A stretch of 64,000 bases of DNA from Octopus vulgaris (GCA_951406725.2 OX597824.1:19468001-19532000), one strand, 5' to 3'; shown: positions 12,721 to 28,419, counted from the first letter of the stretch. Numbers and translations: made by a program. The notes: generated by a model from the letters alone, not told the origin.

Positions 12721-12968
12721 TTTACTCTTTTACTTGTTTCAGTCATTTGACTGTGGCCATGCTGGAGCACCACCTGGAGCAAATCGATCCCGGGACTTAT
12801 ACTGTAAGCCCAGTACTTATACCGGGACTTATACTGTAAGCCCAGTACTTATTCTATCGTTTATTTTTGCCGAACCGCTAAGTGACGGGGACGTAAACAC
12901 ACCAGCATCGGTTTTCAAGCAATGCTAGGGGGACAAACACAGACACACAAACACATACACACGCACAC

Positions 12969-13005
<37 letters not shown>

Positions 13006-13175
13006 CATATATACGACAGGCTTCTTTCAGTTTCCGTCTACCAAATCCACTCACAAGGCATTGGTTGGCCTGGAGCTATAGCAGAAGACACTTGCCCAAG
13101 GTGCCACGCAGTGGGACTGAACCCAGAACCATGTGGTTGGTAAGCAAGCTCTTTACCACACAGCCACTCCTGCGC

Positions 13176-13176
<1 letters not shown>
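12721..13176 (-). mobile_element. SINE family B, full length, with internal ~31-bp tandem duplication
   Basis: Family blocks; ccgggacttatactgtaagcccagtacttat twice at about 12790-12852. Confidence 0.9.
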
Positions 13177-13235
<59 letters not shown>

Positions 13236-13443
13236 TAATAAAAGAATAGAACATATGCATATATATAAACATATATGTACGTACCTACCTCTACATGTAC
13301 ATATACACGCATATATGTGTACAGGACACCAAAAAGACGTCGAACACATAGAGAGACGAAAAACATAGACACAAACCAGGGAACAGGACAAGAAAAAATG
13401 GAGTACAGGACAATTAGCACAACGAAGTATATATATATGTGTG

Positions 13444-13535
<92 letters not shown>

Positions 13536-13690
13536 CAGATAGATAGATAGACAGACGACGGGTTTCCTTTCAGTTTCCGTGTATCAACTATATGCATAAT
13601 AATACATACGTAAAACAAAACATACAAATCTGCACATATACACACATACATACACGCATACATACATACATACATACATACATACATACA

Positions 13691-13723
<33 letters not shown>

Positions 13724-14057
13724 TATGTTTATGCGCGTGTCAAATAAGTCAGCATACATGTATGAAAAATATAACTTCGTTATTCAATAGTCGCTGATTA
13801 ACAAAAATAAATTCTAGGGTCAAGATGAACAACCAAAACCCCTTTGAAATCGATGCCCCCACCATGGCCGCACTCTAATCAATGAAAACTGTAAAAAATA
13901 AAATAAAATTCACGCCGCCTTTTTTCAAGGTGTCAGTTTGTGTTGTGGAAAGTTACTAATTGACTAATTAAACATCTGAAGGAAGAGGAGGGGAAGGGGC
14001 GAAGGGGAGGAGGTGAAGAAGGGGAATTAATAAGCAATAACACACTGTGTGTGTGTG

Positions 14058-14089
<32 letters not shown>

Positions 14090-14110
14090 ATTATATACAT
14101 ACATATATAC

Positions 14111-14228
<118 letters not shown>

Positions 14229-14293
14229 TTATTTATACATATATATATATATATACACACATATATATGTGTGTGTGTTTGTTTGTGTGTGCG

Positions 14294-14331
<38 letters not shown>

Positions 14332-14476
14332 ATTTACGTGCGTGTAGGATAAAGGATGTTTTTTTTTCAAAAAGGAAGTAAACGATCCGAACAAAATGTA
14401 CAAAAGTGAAAAACAGAAACAGGAACCATCACAGAAAAAAGGTAGCGGAGAAATGTAGTGAACGACAGACATTACT

Positions 14477-16430
<1,954 letters not shown>

Positions 16431-16737
16431 AGGCAGTGACGATGGTGGTTGCTGCTGCGGTGGGGGGGGGGGGGGGCGGCGTTAAAGAGCCAGGGTCGAT
16501 TATGATTATGATGAAGATTAAGACTATCACCATAAGACCCATAAAGACCCATTATATCATCATCATCATCAACATCACCTTCAGCATCATCATCATCAAC
16601 ATCACCTTCAGCATCAGCATCATCACCAACATCAACATCATCATCATCATCATCATCAACATCACCTTCAGCATCAGCATCATCACCAACATCAACATCA
16701 TCATCATCATTATCATCATCATCATTATCATCATTAT

Positions 16738-16966
16738 CTATTTCTTTACTGCCCACAGAGGGCTAAACACAGAGGGGACAAACAAGGACAGACAAAGGGA
16801 TTAAGTCGATTACATCGACCCCAGTGCGTAACTGGTACTTAATTTATCGACCCCGAAAGGATGAGAGGTAAAGTCGACCACGGCTGAATTTGAACTCAGA
16901 ACGTAACGGCAGACGAAATACCGCTAAGCATTTCGCCCGCCGTGCTAACGATTCTGCCAGCTCGCC
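16738..16966 (-). mobile_element. SINE family A, full length, inserted in (CAT)n
   Basis: Head ggcgagctggcagaatcgttagc, B box gagttcaaattc, central cctctcatcctttcggggtcgataaattaagtaccag, tail ccctctgtgggcagtaaagaaatag. Confidence 0.92.
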
Positions 16967-17140
16967 ATCATCATCATCATCATCATCATCATTATGATCA
17001 TCATCATCATTATCATCATAATCATCATCATCATCACCTTCAGCATCATCACCATCCATCATTCGTCACAGCAGAACAAAGCGATCGACTTAGCAAGCGA
17101 CTTGATTAGGAGAAACATGGACAACTTTGGAAAACTTGAG

Positions 17141-17226
<86 letters not shown>

Positions 17227-17303
17227 TGTGTGTATGTGTGTTTGTATTTGTGTGTGTGTGTTTGTATTTGTGTGATTGTGTGTGTGTTTGTGTGCATACG
17301 CAT

Positions 17304-17353
<50 letters not shown>

Positions 17354-17638
17354 TCATACATAAATGCATACACACATGCCTAGTTAAATCCATACATGCA
17401 TACAAACATAGATATACATACATACTTACATATATACCTACCTACATACATACATACATACATACATACATACATACATACATACATTCACATACACGCA
17501 TACATATGTTAGTTTATAAGTATGTCTGCGTATGTATGATTGTATGTATGTGTATATGCATGTATGTATATATGTACACAAATATTGTCACAAAATATAT
17601 GCCAGTGCATGACGGGTAACAGGAATATATTTATGTAG

Positions 17639-17680
<42 letters not shown>

Positions 17681-18364
17681 CACATACATGCATACCCACA
17701 AATGCATAGATATATACATACACGTACTACGTACACACACATATATTCATACGTATGTAGATACCTACAGACAAATATATATGCATATATATATCTACAT
17801 ACATATATATATATATGCATGTATGTTTGTATGTATATTTGTATGTATGTATACCTACTTACATATATATATACTTACATACATGCATCAATACATAAAC
17901 ACATATATGCATATATAATTACCCATCATATATATATATATACATAGATACATATATATATATATACCCACAAACACACGCACACACATATATATATATA
18001 TATACATTCATACATAAATGCATACATACATGCCTAGTTAAATCCATACATGTATACAAACATAGATATACATACATACATACATACATACATGCATACA
18101 TATATATATATATACCTACCTACCTACCTACCTACATACATACATACATACATACATACATACATACATACATACATGCATACATATATATATACCTACC
18201 TACCTACCTACCTACATACATACATACATACATACATACATACATACATACATACATGCATACATATATATATACCTACCTACCTACATACATACATACA
18301 TACATGCATACGTACATGCCTACATATATGCATACATATAAACGCAAACATACACGCATACACA

Positions 18365-18454
<90 letters not shown>

Positions 18455-19082
18455 CACGCACATTCACCAAAGACTCGAATATTCGAGAAGCGTTGATAAA
18501 TTTTTCCTCATTATTTCGTATTTTCCCGATTATTTCATTATTTTTTGTTGCTGCTTTGTCTGATTTTTTTGTCTTATTTTTTGTCCTTTTTTTCTACCTC
18601 ATTTCTATCTCTTTTCTTTTTCCTTTTTTTTTCTTGCTTTTTTTTTGTGAAAAATAATTACCAAAGTTTAAGATTGGAAAACGGAATTGTGAAACAAAAT
18701 AAAATTAAATTGGCGTCACAAGTAAGAATTAAGGAGACGACAAGAAAATCTTCTGTTTTTTTTTACTTTCACTTTCTCTCTGAGATGCGCGCACGATGGT
18801 GTTCGCAAATTCATTTACGCAGCAATACCTTAGGCAAGGTAGTTAACGCTACACAAACCTCCAAGCCGAGCTGGAGCCAGAGTTATTAACATTAGCGTAC
18901 TTTTGTGCAGATTACATTAAAGATTCGGCAACGATAGGTGAATGACTAAGAGATGAAGAGAAAGAGATAGGAAGAAAGAGAGAGAGAAGAAGAAGGAGGA
19001 AGGGAGAGAAAGAGAGTGTAGGAAATAGATGAGGTTGCTTTGGCGCCTTGGCAAAGCTAAGTTATCAGCAAAGCTGGCTTAC

Positions 19083-19189
19083 CCAAGCCAGTTCTGTGAT
19101 GGTATGATGGTGCATCTTGTTTGGCAATCTTCAGAAACGCAGAGAGCTGATGAGGTCCGCGACAGATTTTTCTTTGTAATCTGAGGAAC
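19083..19189 (-). CDS. Candidate internal exon (107 nt)
   Basis: Acceptor ctcacacag|, donor TGG|GTAAGC. Phase-0 reading VPQITKKNLSRTSSALCVSEDCQTRCTIIPSQNWL; a second frame is also open. Phase-compatible with the exons at 27469-27570 and 1201-1276/1315. Confidence 0.4.
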
Positions 19190-19208
19190 CTGTGTGAGTA
19201 ATCTGGTG

Positions 19209-19252
<44 letters not shown>

Positions 19253-19550
19253 GTGTGAAAGAGAGAGAGGAAGAGGAGGAAGAGATCTTGAGAGTGATGG
19301 TGGTGGTGGTGGTGGTGATGGTTGTGGTGGTGGTGGTGGTGGTGGTGGTGGTGGTGGTGGTGGTGGTGGTGGTGGTGGACGAGACGTTAAATGGCTCAAA
19401 AGAAAATGAAATCGGTTTGCAATTAAAATGCAATAATTAGCCATCATACACACGCACATGCACACACACAGACACACACCTGTGCATTAATGCACGTATA
19501 CACACATGCATTTATATATACATACATACATACATGCATACACATATATG

Positions 19551-19594
<44 letters not shown>

Positions 19595-19639
19595 CATATA
19601 AACTTTTCATAATTGTACAAGTGCTTCCTGTGAAAATTG

Positions 19640-19693
<54 letters not shown>

Positions 19694-19805
19694 ATATTTG
19701 TATATATATATACTTATATACACACATACATACCTATATATACATACATTCATATATATATATATATATATCTGTCCATGTATATACATGTGTGTGTATG
19801 TGTGG

Positions 19806-19873
<68 letters not shown>

Positions 19874-19876
19874 ATG

Positions 19877-19912
<36 letters not shown>

Positions 19913-20113
19913 TGTATAGACACGCAGACAGACGTTTGTCTGTGTAATTATACATTGCTGACAACGATTTTAATATAAATGATATCAGAAATTATACCCA
20001 TAATATCAGAACCACCCCATTGTTTAATTCTATCCGATGTTCTTTTCCTACCCACATCTGACATACATGGTGTCTAAAATTATTCAAGTTGAAATTATTC
20101 GCGGGGTCAAATC

Positions 20114-20352
20114 TCAGACCGGGCGATGTGTGTGTTTATGAGCGAAACACCTAAGCTCCACGCGGCTCCGGCAGAAAGCAATGGCGAAATTCTGCTGACT
20201 CTTTCGCCACAACTTTCTCTCACTCTTTCCTCCTGCATCTTGCAGCTCACCTGCGACGGACCGGCGTCCCGTCCAGGTGGGGAACCTATACGCCAAGGAA
20301 ACCGGGAAACCGACCCTTATGAGCCAGGCGTGGCTCGAGAAGGAACAAACAA
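20114..20352 (+). mobile_element. 5'-truncated SINE D body with a different 3' tail
   Basis: cagaccgggcgatgtgtgtgtttatgagcgaaacacctaagctccacg matches D; tail gcgacggaccggcgtcccgtccagg...ggctcgagaaggaacaaacaa. Confidence 0.8.
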
Positions 20353-20536
20353 TATATTACTGCAAGTATTGATTAACGTGAAGGTGCGAGGCTTAGTGGT
20401 TAGGGGCAATGCATGCACACACATACACACACACACACACATACACACACATACACACACACACACACACAAGCACACAAATGCATTCACACACACATAC
20501 ACACACGCACTTACACATAAGTGTGAATGTATAGTG

Positions 20537-20822
20537 AAGGCGCGTGGCTTAGTGGTTAGGGGCATTCGGCTCACGATCGTACGGTCGTGAGTTCAATTCC
20601 CGGCGATGCGTTGTGTCCTTGAGCAAGACACTTTATTCCACGTTGCTCCAGTCCACTCATCTGGCAAAAATGAGTAGCACCTGTATTTCAAAAGGGCCAG
20701 CCTTGTCACACACTGTCTCGTGCTGAATCTCCCTGAGAACTGCATTAAGGATACACGTGTCTGTGGAGTACTCAGCCACCGGCCCTTATGACCCAGGCAT
20801 GGCTCGAGAAGCAACAAACAAA
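20537..20822 (+). mobile_element. SINE C with the tail also seen at 20310-20352
   Basis: C head and body, then ccggcccttatgacccaggcatggctcgagaagcaacaaacaa. Confidence 0.85.
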
Positions 20823-21032
20823 AACAAACATATTATCTGCATCCAAACAGCTGCTCCCAGTTGACTCATTCTGGTCCCTCTTTTCACTTAACCCACTGAA
20901 GACCTTCTCGAAGCTCATCATATTTGTTGATTCTTTCACTCATTTTATCTTCCACCATTGTCTGCTGTTTATTACCGTAGCTCAGTGGTTAGAGCGTCGA
21001 GCTTACGATCGTGAGGTTGTGAGCTCGAATCC

Positions 21033-21470
21033 AAGGACAGATAAACGGATTAAGTCGATTATATCTACCCAGTGCGTAACTGGTACTTATTTAATCGACC
21101 CCAAAAGGATGAAAGACAAAGTCGACCTCGGCGGAATTTGAACTCAGAACGTAGCGGCAGACGAAATACCGCTAAGCATTTCGCCCGGCGCGCTAACGTT
21201 TCTGCCAGCTCGCCGCCTTCAATAAAGATGGACGAAATACCTGTTTCTTTACTACCCACAAGGGGCTAAACACAGAGAGGACAAACAAGGACAGACAAAC
21301 GGATTAAGTCGATTATATCGACCCCAGTGCGTAACTGTTACTTAATTTATCGACCCCGAAAGGATGAAAGGCAAAGTCGCCCTCGGCGGAATTTGAACTC
21401 AGAACGTAACGGCAGACGAAATACCGTTAAGCATTTCGCCCGGCGCGCTAATGTTTCTGCCAGATCGCCG
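21033..21470 (-). mobile_element. Two tandem SINE A copies
   Basis: Family A blocks at 21033-21218 and 21240-21470. Confidence 0.9.
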
Positions 21471-22066
21471 CTAAGCATTTTATCGGGTGCGCTCTCAATT
21501 CAGCCATTTTGTTGCCTACTAAATACCTACATAATACAAACCAAAAAGCTGTGTCTATGCTATCTATGTTGCCCATTCTGCCATATATTATCTACATTGG
21601 CCATTCTCCTCTGCTGTCTTACAGTTCCTGTTTTGACTATAAACAAGGTGTCTTAACACCAAATTTCGTACGGTGACCTTTTCGATTTAATAGATCAACT
21701 GAAGCAGTGACCTCAATAGAGGGGCTTCGTCATCGTAACTAGACCAAATGTTAGGGGGTCACACTGTAACATTTTCATCAACACCAGTATGCTACCACTA
21801 TGAACAACAAAAAAGAAAGGAACCCTCTATGTGGTTGCTTAATGTGCTAGAAATGACAGCTAGATATTCCTCAAGCTACAAACTGTTGTATTAGAAAAGC
21901 ACACGCTAGATAATGTGTTCTTGGGTTCCGTAGGATGGTCACGGGTGGAACGCTTTTAGTTATAGATTTGCTCGTTTAGGACTGCCTTGGTGGATTCAAG
22001 CAACAACGGTAACATGTCACCACCAGTATCCAGGCTGCTAGAAACAGCAGCTAAAATCTCCGTCCT

Positions 22067-22113
<47 letters not shown>

Positions 22114-22118
22114 AAGAG

Positions 22119-22156
<38 letters not shown>

Positions 22157-22633
22157 TAAGAAAGAAAGAGAGAAAGAAAGAGAGAAAGAAAGAGAGAAAG
22201 AAAGAGAGAAAGAGAGAGAGAGAGAGCATTTGGATAATGTAAGTCCAGTATACACACATTAAACCCAGAAAGAAAAATAAACGGGATGTTCACATTTGGC
22301 TTGTCTCTTTTCATGCAATTCCTCGACACAATGTAGCCGACACAGGGTAAATAAACATCAACAGCAACAACACCGCCATCAACACCCTCACCACCATCCT
22401 CTACATCGTCATCACCATCATCAACACTATCATCGTCACAGTAAGCTATACCACCACAAACTACTACAACCACTACCTCAGTTGTCATCTCCGCATCTAC
22501 TCTCTCTCTAAAATAATCCTGGGTTCGCTTCTCTGGATTGGGACCATTTAACCGAGTGTAACTGGACGCAGATGCAATTGCGAGATGTTTGTGCAGCAGA
22601 GACGTGCGTCGAACAAATTTAAATCAAATACAT

Positions 22634-23200
22634 ACTCTCTTTTACTCTTTTACTTGTTTCAGTCATTTGACTGCGGCCATGCTGGAGCACCGCCTTTAGT
22701 CGAGCAAATCGACCCCGGGACTTATTCTTTGTAAGCCCAGTACTTATTATATCGGTCTCTTTTGCCGAACCGCTAAGTGACGGGGACGTAAACACACCAG
22801 CATCGGTTGTCAAGCAATGCTAAGGGGACAAACACAGACACACAAACATACACACGCATACACACATAAATATATATATATATATATATATACATATATA
22901 CGACAGGCTTCTTTCAGTTTCTGTCTACCAAATCCACTCACAAGGCATTGGTCGGCCCGGGGCTATAGCAGAAGACACTTGCCCAAGACGCCACGCAGTG
23001 GGACTGAACCCGGAACCATGTGGTTGGTTAGCAAGCTACTTACCACACAGCCACTCCTGCGCCTATATACCGTAATTGATTCTAGAAATAATATGGCTTT
23101 GGCCGGACCGAGGCTATAGTAGGAGACACTCGCCCAAGGTACCACGCAGTGGGACTGAACCTGGAACCATGTGGCTGGGAAGGAAAGTTCTTACCACACT
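22634..23200 (-). mobile_element. SINE B full length (22634-23063) plus a second head fragment (23094-23200)
   Basis: Near-consensus family B sequence. Confidence 0.92.
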
Positions 23201-23211
23201 ATATATAGTCA

Positions 23212-23283
23212 TCCTCGATAGTATAGTGGTAAGTATCCCCGCCTGTCACACGGGAGACAGGGGTTCGATTCCCCGCCGGGGAG
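23212..23283 (+). tRNA. tRNA-Asp-GTC: tRNA-Asp(GTC), probably a pseudogene
   Basis: TCCTCGATAGTATAGTGGTAAGTATCCCCGCCTGTCACACGGGAGACAGGGGTTCGATTCCCCGCCGGGGAG is close to the metazoan tRNA-Asp consensus. One mismatch each in the acceptor (A.C), anticodon (C.A) and T (A.G) stems; no oligo-T terminator. Confidence 0.9.
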
Positions 23284-23295
23284 GCATCTTACACT

Positions 23296-23470
23296 AGGCG
23301 TAGGAGTGGCTGTGTGGTAAGTAGCTTGCTTACGAACCACATGGTTCCACCTTCAGTCCCACTGCGTGCCACCTTGAGTAAGTGTCTTCTACTATAGCCT
23401 CAGGCCGACCAAAGCCTTGTGAGTGGATTTGGTACACGGAAACTGAAAGAAGCCTGTCGTATATAAGTGT

Positions 23471-23538
<68 letters not shown>

Positions 23539-23771
23539 GTATGTGTGTGTATATGTTTGTGTGTCTTTGTTTGTCACCCCAACATCGCTTGACAGCCGAT
23601 GCTGATGTGCTTACTTCCCCGTTACTTAGCGGTTCGGCAAAAGAGAGCGAGAGAATAAGTACTAGGCTTACAAAGAATAAGTCCTGGGGTCGATTTGCTC
23701 GACTAAAGGCGGTGCTCCAGCATAGCCACAGTCAAATGACTGAAACAAGTAAAAGAGTAAAGAGAAAAGAG
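23296..23771 (+). mobile_element. SINE family B, full length
   Basis: Head ggcgtaggagtggctgtgtggtaag through tail gactgaaacaagtaaaagagtaaa. Confidence 0.92.
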
Positions 23772-23778
23772 TATATAT

Positions 23779-23869
<91 letters not shown>

Positions 23870-23911
23870 CATATATGTGTTTTTGTGTATATATATATAT
23901 GTGTGTGTGTG

Positions 23912-23944
<33 letters not shown>

Positions 23945-23968
23945 TTATTTGTATATGTGTATGTGTAC

Positions 23969-24019
<51 letters not shown>

Positions 24020-24104
24020 AATAAATATTAGGGAATAAATCCAAATTTACAGGGAAAAAATCAGATTTAGGATTAAATCCAATCTTATTGTAAAATATTA
24101 TATA

Positions 24105-24469
24105 ATATTAATTAGAGACAAAACCACTATTTTGCAAAACAAACAAGGAAAGACTTAATCAATACATAAAATTTTATTTTATTTTGTTTTATATTTAATT
24201 GTTGATAGGGTTTATTTTAGATTATATATTGATTATATATGGATTATATGTAGGTTATATATAGATTATATATTTATATTTTTTATTATTTTAAAATTAT
24301 TTTAAACTCATATTTTAATATATTGATATTTTAGATCGGAAATCCACCTGAAGATTGTCATTAGACATGAAATAATTGTAGTGGCGGTTTTTTTTACTTT
24401 TTATTAAAATTTTATGTATTGATTAAGTCTTTCCTTGTTTGTTTTGCAAAATAGTGGTTTTGTCTCTAA

Positions 24470-24476
<7 letters not shown>
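24105..24476. mobile_element. (TA)n-embedded cassette with about 70-bp inverted arms and a hammerhead (PLE pseudo-LTR-like)
   Basis: atattaattagagacaaaaccactattttgcaaaac...taaaatttta is the reverse complement of about 24405-24476. Confidence 0.8.
24344..24384 (+). ncRNA. Minimal type-I hammerhead ribozyme
   Basis: CCAC CTGAAGA T TGTC ATTA GACA T GAAA T AATT G TA GTGG: stem I CCAC/GTGG, stem II TGTC/GACA, palindromic stem III, GUA site. Confidence 0.75.
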
Positions 24477-24560
<84 letters not shown>

Positions 24561-24660
24561 AAATAAGGATAAAATCTTTATAAGAAATTATCAGTAGTTA
24601 GCGTGAAAAACCTCGTAAGAGAAAAAATCTGTAAATTTTTCCAACTTTGAAAATACTTAT

Positions 24661-25142
24661 ATTATATAGAGGGTACTTTTATTCATAGGTACCGCACGCT
24701 AGGAGGGACTTTTGCAGTCAAAACTACTAAAATAAACAAATTGTACCGAATGCAAAACTTCAAAGCAAGTCATTTAAAACAGAATTTAGTTACATATCAC
24801 CTGTGATTTCGCAATCAATGCAGAATATGCATTCTATGCTCTTCAGTGCAACGAACACAAGACATATAAGAAAAAACACAACATCACATACCCGACAACC
24901 AACCGTAGAATTCGCCGCAGCATGTACGAATGTTTATCTTGACATATCTATGAAAATGGCGGGCTTTTTCGCAATGCATTTCGGTAACAACTTGCCTACT
25001 CGGAACAAAAATTCAGTATTGAACTATTCCGGTGAAAAATATATAGTTTTCCATTCGGTACAATTTGTTTATTTTAGTAGTTTTGACTGCAAAAGTCCCT
25101 CCTAGCGTGCGGTACCTATGAATAATAGTACCCTCTATAAAA
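24661..25142. mobile_element. Cassette with about 90-bp inverted termini and a hammerhead
   Basis: tatagagggtac...aaattgtaccgaatg (24666-24752) inverted at 25052-25139. Confidence 0.8.
24789..24852 (-). ncRNA. Type-I hammerhead ribozyme with fully canonical core
   Basis: GTTGCA CTGAAGA GCA-TAG-AATGCA-TATTC-TGCATT-GAT-TGC GAAA TCAC AG GTGA TA TGTAAC: 6-bp stem I, G10.1-C11.1 pair, stem III ATCAC/GTGAT, AUA site. Confidence 0.85.
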
Positions 25143-25154
25143 TATAATTATATA

Positions 25155-25371
25155 TACTCTTTACTCTTTTACTTGTTTCAGTCATTTGACTGTGGCCATG
25201 CTGGAGCACCGCCTTTATTAATCGAGCAACTCGACCCCGGGACTTATTCTTTTTGTAAGCCCAGTACTTATTCTATCGGTCTCTTTTGCCGAACCGCTAA
25301 GTGACGGGGACATAAACACCCACCAGCATCGGTTGTCAAGCAATGCTAGGGGGACAAACACAGACACACAA

Positions 25372-25427
<56 letters not shown>

Positions 25428-25581
25428 GACAGGCTTCATTCAGTTTCCGTCTACCAAATCCACTCACAAGGCATTGGTCGGCCCGGGGCTATAGCAGAAG
25501 ACACTTGCCCAAGATGTCACGCAGTGGGACTGAACCCGGAACCATGTGGCTGGTTAGCAAGCTACTTACCACACAGCCACT
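25155..25581 (-). mobile_element. SINE family B
   Basis: Near-consensus copy. Confidence 0.92.
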
Positions 25582-25976
25582 ATATATTTAAAACAGTTGA
25601 GCATATAAGTAAAGATTTAATACTTTTGATACAGTCCATGTTTATCTAAGTATTGCATGAAGAGCGACAGGGACTTCGAAGTTTCGACCTTGTTAGCCTT
25701 AGTCATAATTAAATGTGCGTGTGCGCGCGCGCGCGCCCACCCGCCCGCGTGTGTGTGTGTGTGTGTCAGCACTCATACGATCATACAAACCTCTTACAGA
25801 CACAGCCGAGACACCTTAAACCACAAATACACACGCACAGACACATTCTTGCTTTTCATTTCATACACTTGTCATTTTCCGCTCTATCAATCCTTCACTT
25901 TCTCCCACTCCTTTTCTCACACTTGTCACCCTTACCTTCTCCCTCTTCTACTTTTCTTCTACCCCTCTCTCACTCT

Positions 25977-26007
<31 letters not shown>

Positions 26008-26156
26008 ACGCACACACACACACTCAATCTTTCTTTCTTTTTCTCTCTCTCTCTTTCTCTCATTATACCAACACCTTGACTTCTGGTCTCGCTCTGTTTC
26101 TCTTGGATTGTGAACCTATCTTGTGTGATGGGTGTGTGTGCATGTTTATGTATTAG

Positions 26157-26199
<43 letters not shown>

Positions 26200-26523
26200 C
26201 TATATATATATAGACACACATATATAAACAAACACATTTTTATACATATGCATAATATATATATAATACACGTATTGATGTTTGTTTTCATATGAAATTC
26301 ATATGAAACCCCTTAACGGTAGAATACTTATTAGAGCACATATGTATAGCTATTTGCTTTAGAAATAAAATGGCCGGTATGGAAAGTGAAGGCTTACTAG
26401 CCGCCATTGGCTTGATGGCGGCTTCGAAGTCACTAACACCCATTTTCGTGATGTATACTAAAATATATATTCGCGTGTCTTTACTATTTTTTATTTACTA
26501 TTTCACTTGTTTCATATTGTATA

Positions 26524-26760
26524 GCCGCAGGTGTGGCTGTGTGGTAAGAAGCTTGCTTCCCAACCATATGGTCCCGGGTTCAATCCCACTGTGACACCTT
26601 GTCTTCTACCATAGCCTCGGGCCAGCCAAAGCCTTGTGAGTGGATTTGGTAGGCGGAAACTGAAAGGTAAAGTCGACCTCCAATTCCGCCGAGGTCAACT
26701 TTGCCTTTCATCCTTTCGGGGTCGATAAATTAAGTACCAGTTACGCACTGGGGTCGATCT
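26524..26760 (+). mobile_element. SINE B 5' half joined to inverted and direct SINE A central fragments
   Basis: tgaaaggtaaagtcgacctc...gaggtcaactttgcctttca forms a short fold-back. Confidence 0.75.
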
Positions 26761-26784
26761 CCGTCCTTGCTTATCCTATCTATG

Positions 26785-26856
<72 letters not shown>

Positions 26857-27021
26857 GAGATAGGGGTTGTAAATTCAACCCTCCATGGGATAACATATAT
26901 CCAATATACTGTATTAATGTCTAATCTCATTGCTATTGTGTAGTGTTTTAATAAAGTATATGATTCGGTATTATCTGATAGTTGATGATTGATTTAGATA
27001 TATTTCTCCATTTTCTCATTT

Positions 27022-27063
<42 letters not shown>

Positions 27064-27067
<4 letters not shown>

Positions 27068-27184
27068 TAATCCAAACAAGAAAACACAGAAAAAAAGAGA
27101 AAAAATGAGAAAAAAACACAGCAACGCAGGACGTGGAACAATTAAAGTATTATTGACGCTCAGGAAAGAAGGGAAGGAGGGTTT

Positions 27185-27187
<3 letters not shown>
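27064..27187 (-). mobile_element. Truncated P1 cassette in (TA)n, ending just short of the hammerhead
   Basis: Matches 43540-43645. Confidence 0.8.
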
Positions 27188-27261
<74 letters not shown>

Positions 27262-27396
27262 ATATGTATATATATATGTATTGATGGATGGATGGATGGA
27301 TGGATCGAGGGATAAATATATTATCAAATATCTTCATGTCACATTCCAGGTGATAGAGTATAAGTTCATCCATACTCTTCCCATATATATATACTG

Positions 27397-27432
<36 letters not shown>

Positions 27433-27468
27433 GCACGCACGCACGCACGCACACGCACGAGAGTTTAC

Positions 27469-27570
27469 CCTCTTATAATATTCTTCTTCCAAATGATCTT
27501 CGAGGAAGTTATCGAATACTGCACCGGGGGCCGCCAGCTCAGAGCTCACACTCACTGACAGTGGAAACGA
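27469..27570 (-). CDS. Candidate internal exon, 102 nt, phase 0-0: SFPLSVSVSSELAAPGAVFDNFLEDHLEEEYYKR
   Basis: Acceptor ccttctattagcttacag|, donor AGG|GTAAAC; only one open frame; unique, higher-GC sequence. Product not recognised. Confidence 0.6.
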
Positions 27571-27773
27571 CTGTAAGCTAATAGAAGGTATTATGTAACA
27601 TCTGTTCTTTTGTCATTCGCTAATTACTGTATTAAGGCTATCAGCCGTTAGATCGCTTCTCTAATGGATATGGGACAATAAGAAGGTAAGGAAGGGTTTT
27701 AAACCGTGTGAATTGAAGAAATAGTTTGATCAGTTTGTTTTTAGAGCGTGGATTATTGCCCTAAATAGAGAAC

Positions 27774-27844
<71 letters not shown>

Positions 27845-27845
27845 T

Positions 27846-27937
<92 letters not shown>

Positions 27938-27985
27938 AGGAGGAAGAGAGAAGATAAAGAGACATAGATAGATAGATAGATAGAT

Positions 27986-28192
27986 ATGTTTCTTTATTAG
28001 CCACACAGGGCTGCACACAGAACAAATTACAAGGTAGAGCTTTTCTTTTGGGGGTAAAAAAAAGGGTGTGGTGGTTTTCGATCAAAAGGGATCGTAAAAG
28101 GAAAGAAAGAGGACAAAAAAAGGGAGGGGTTAATAAAAAAAAAAAAAAAGGTGGGGGGAGAGCAAAAAAATTGATCAATAGGGATCGTTATC
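27986..28192 (-). mobile_element. Retroelement 3'-end fragment inserted in (GATA)n
   Basis: Homologous to 44461-44590; minus-strand end ccctgtgtggctaataaagaaac resembles the SINE A tail. Confidence 0.7.
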
Positions 28193-28256
<64 letters not shown>

Positions 28257-28273
28257 TGATAGATAGATAGATT

Positions 28274-28344
<71 letters not shown>

Positions 28345-28354
28345 TGATAGATAG

Positions 28355-28407
<53 letters not shown>

Positions 28408-28419
28408 GAAGATAGATAG

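Noticed and set aside
19147-19175. CTGATGA-GGTC-CGC-GAC as a hammerhead
   Set aside because: No GAAA or stems I/III follow.
20975-21032. tRNA-like sequence
   Set aside because: A/B boxes only, no acceptor stem; a SINE head fragment.
27469-27570. Alternative frame with two in-frame TGA (CQ*V*) as a selenoprotein exon
   Set aside because: A stop-free frame exists; no SECIS or homology seen.
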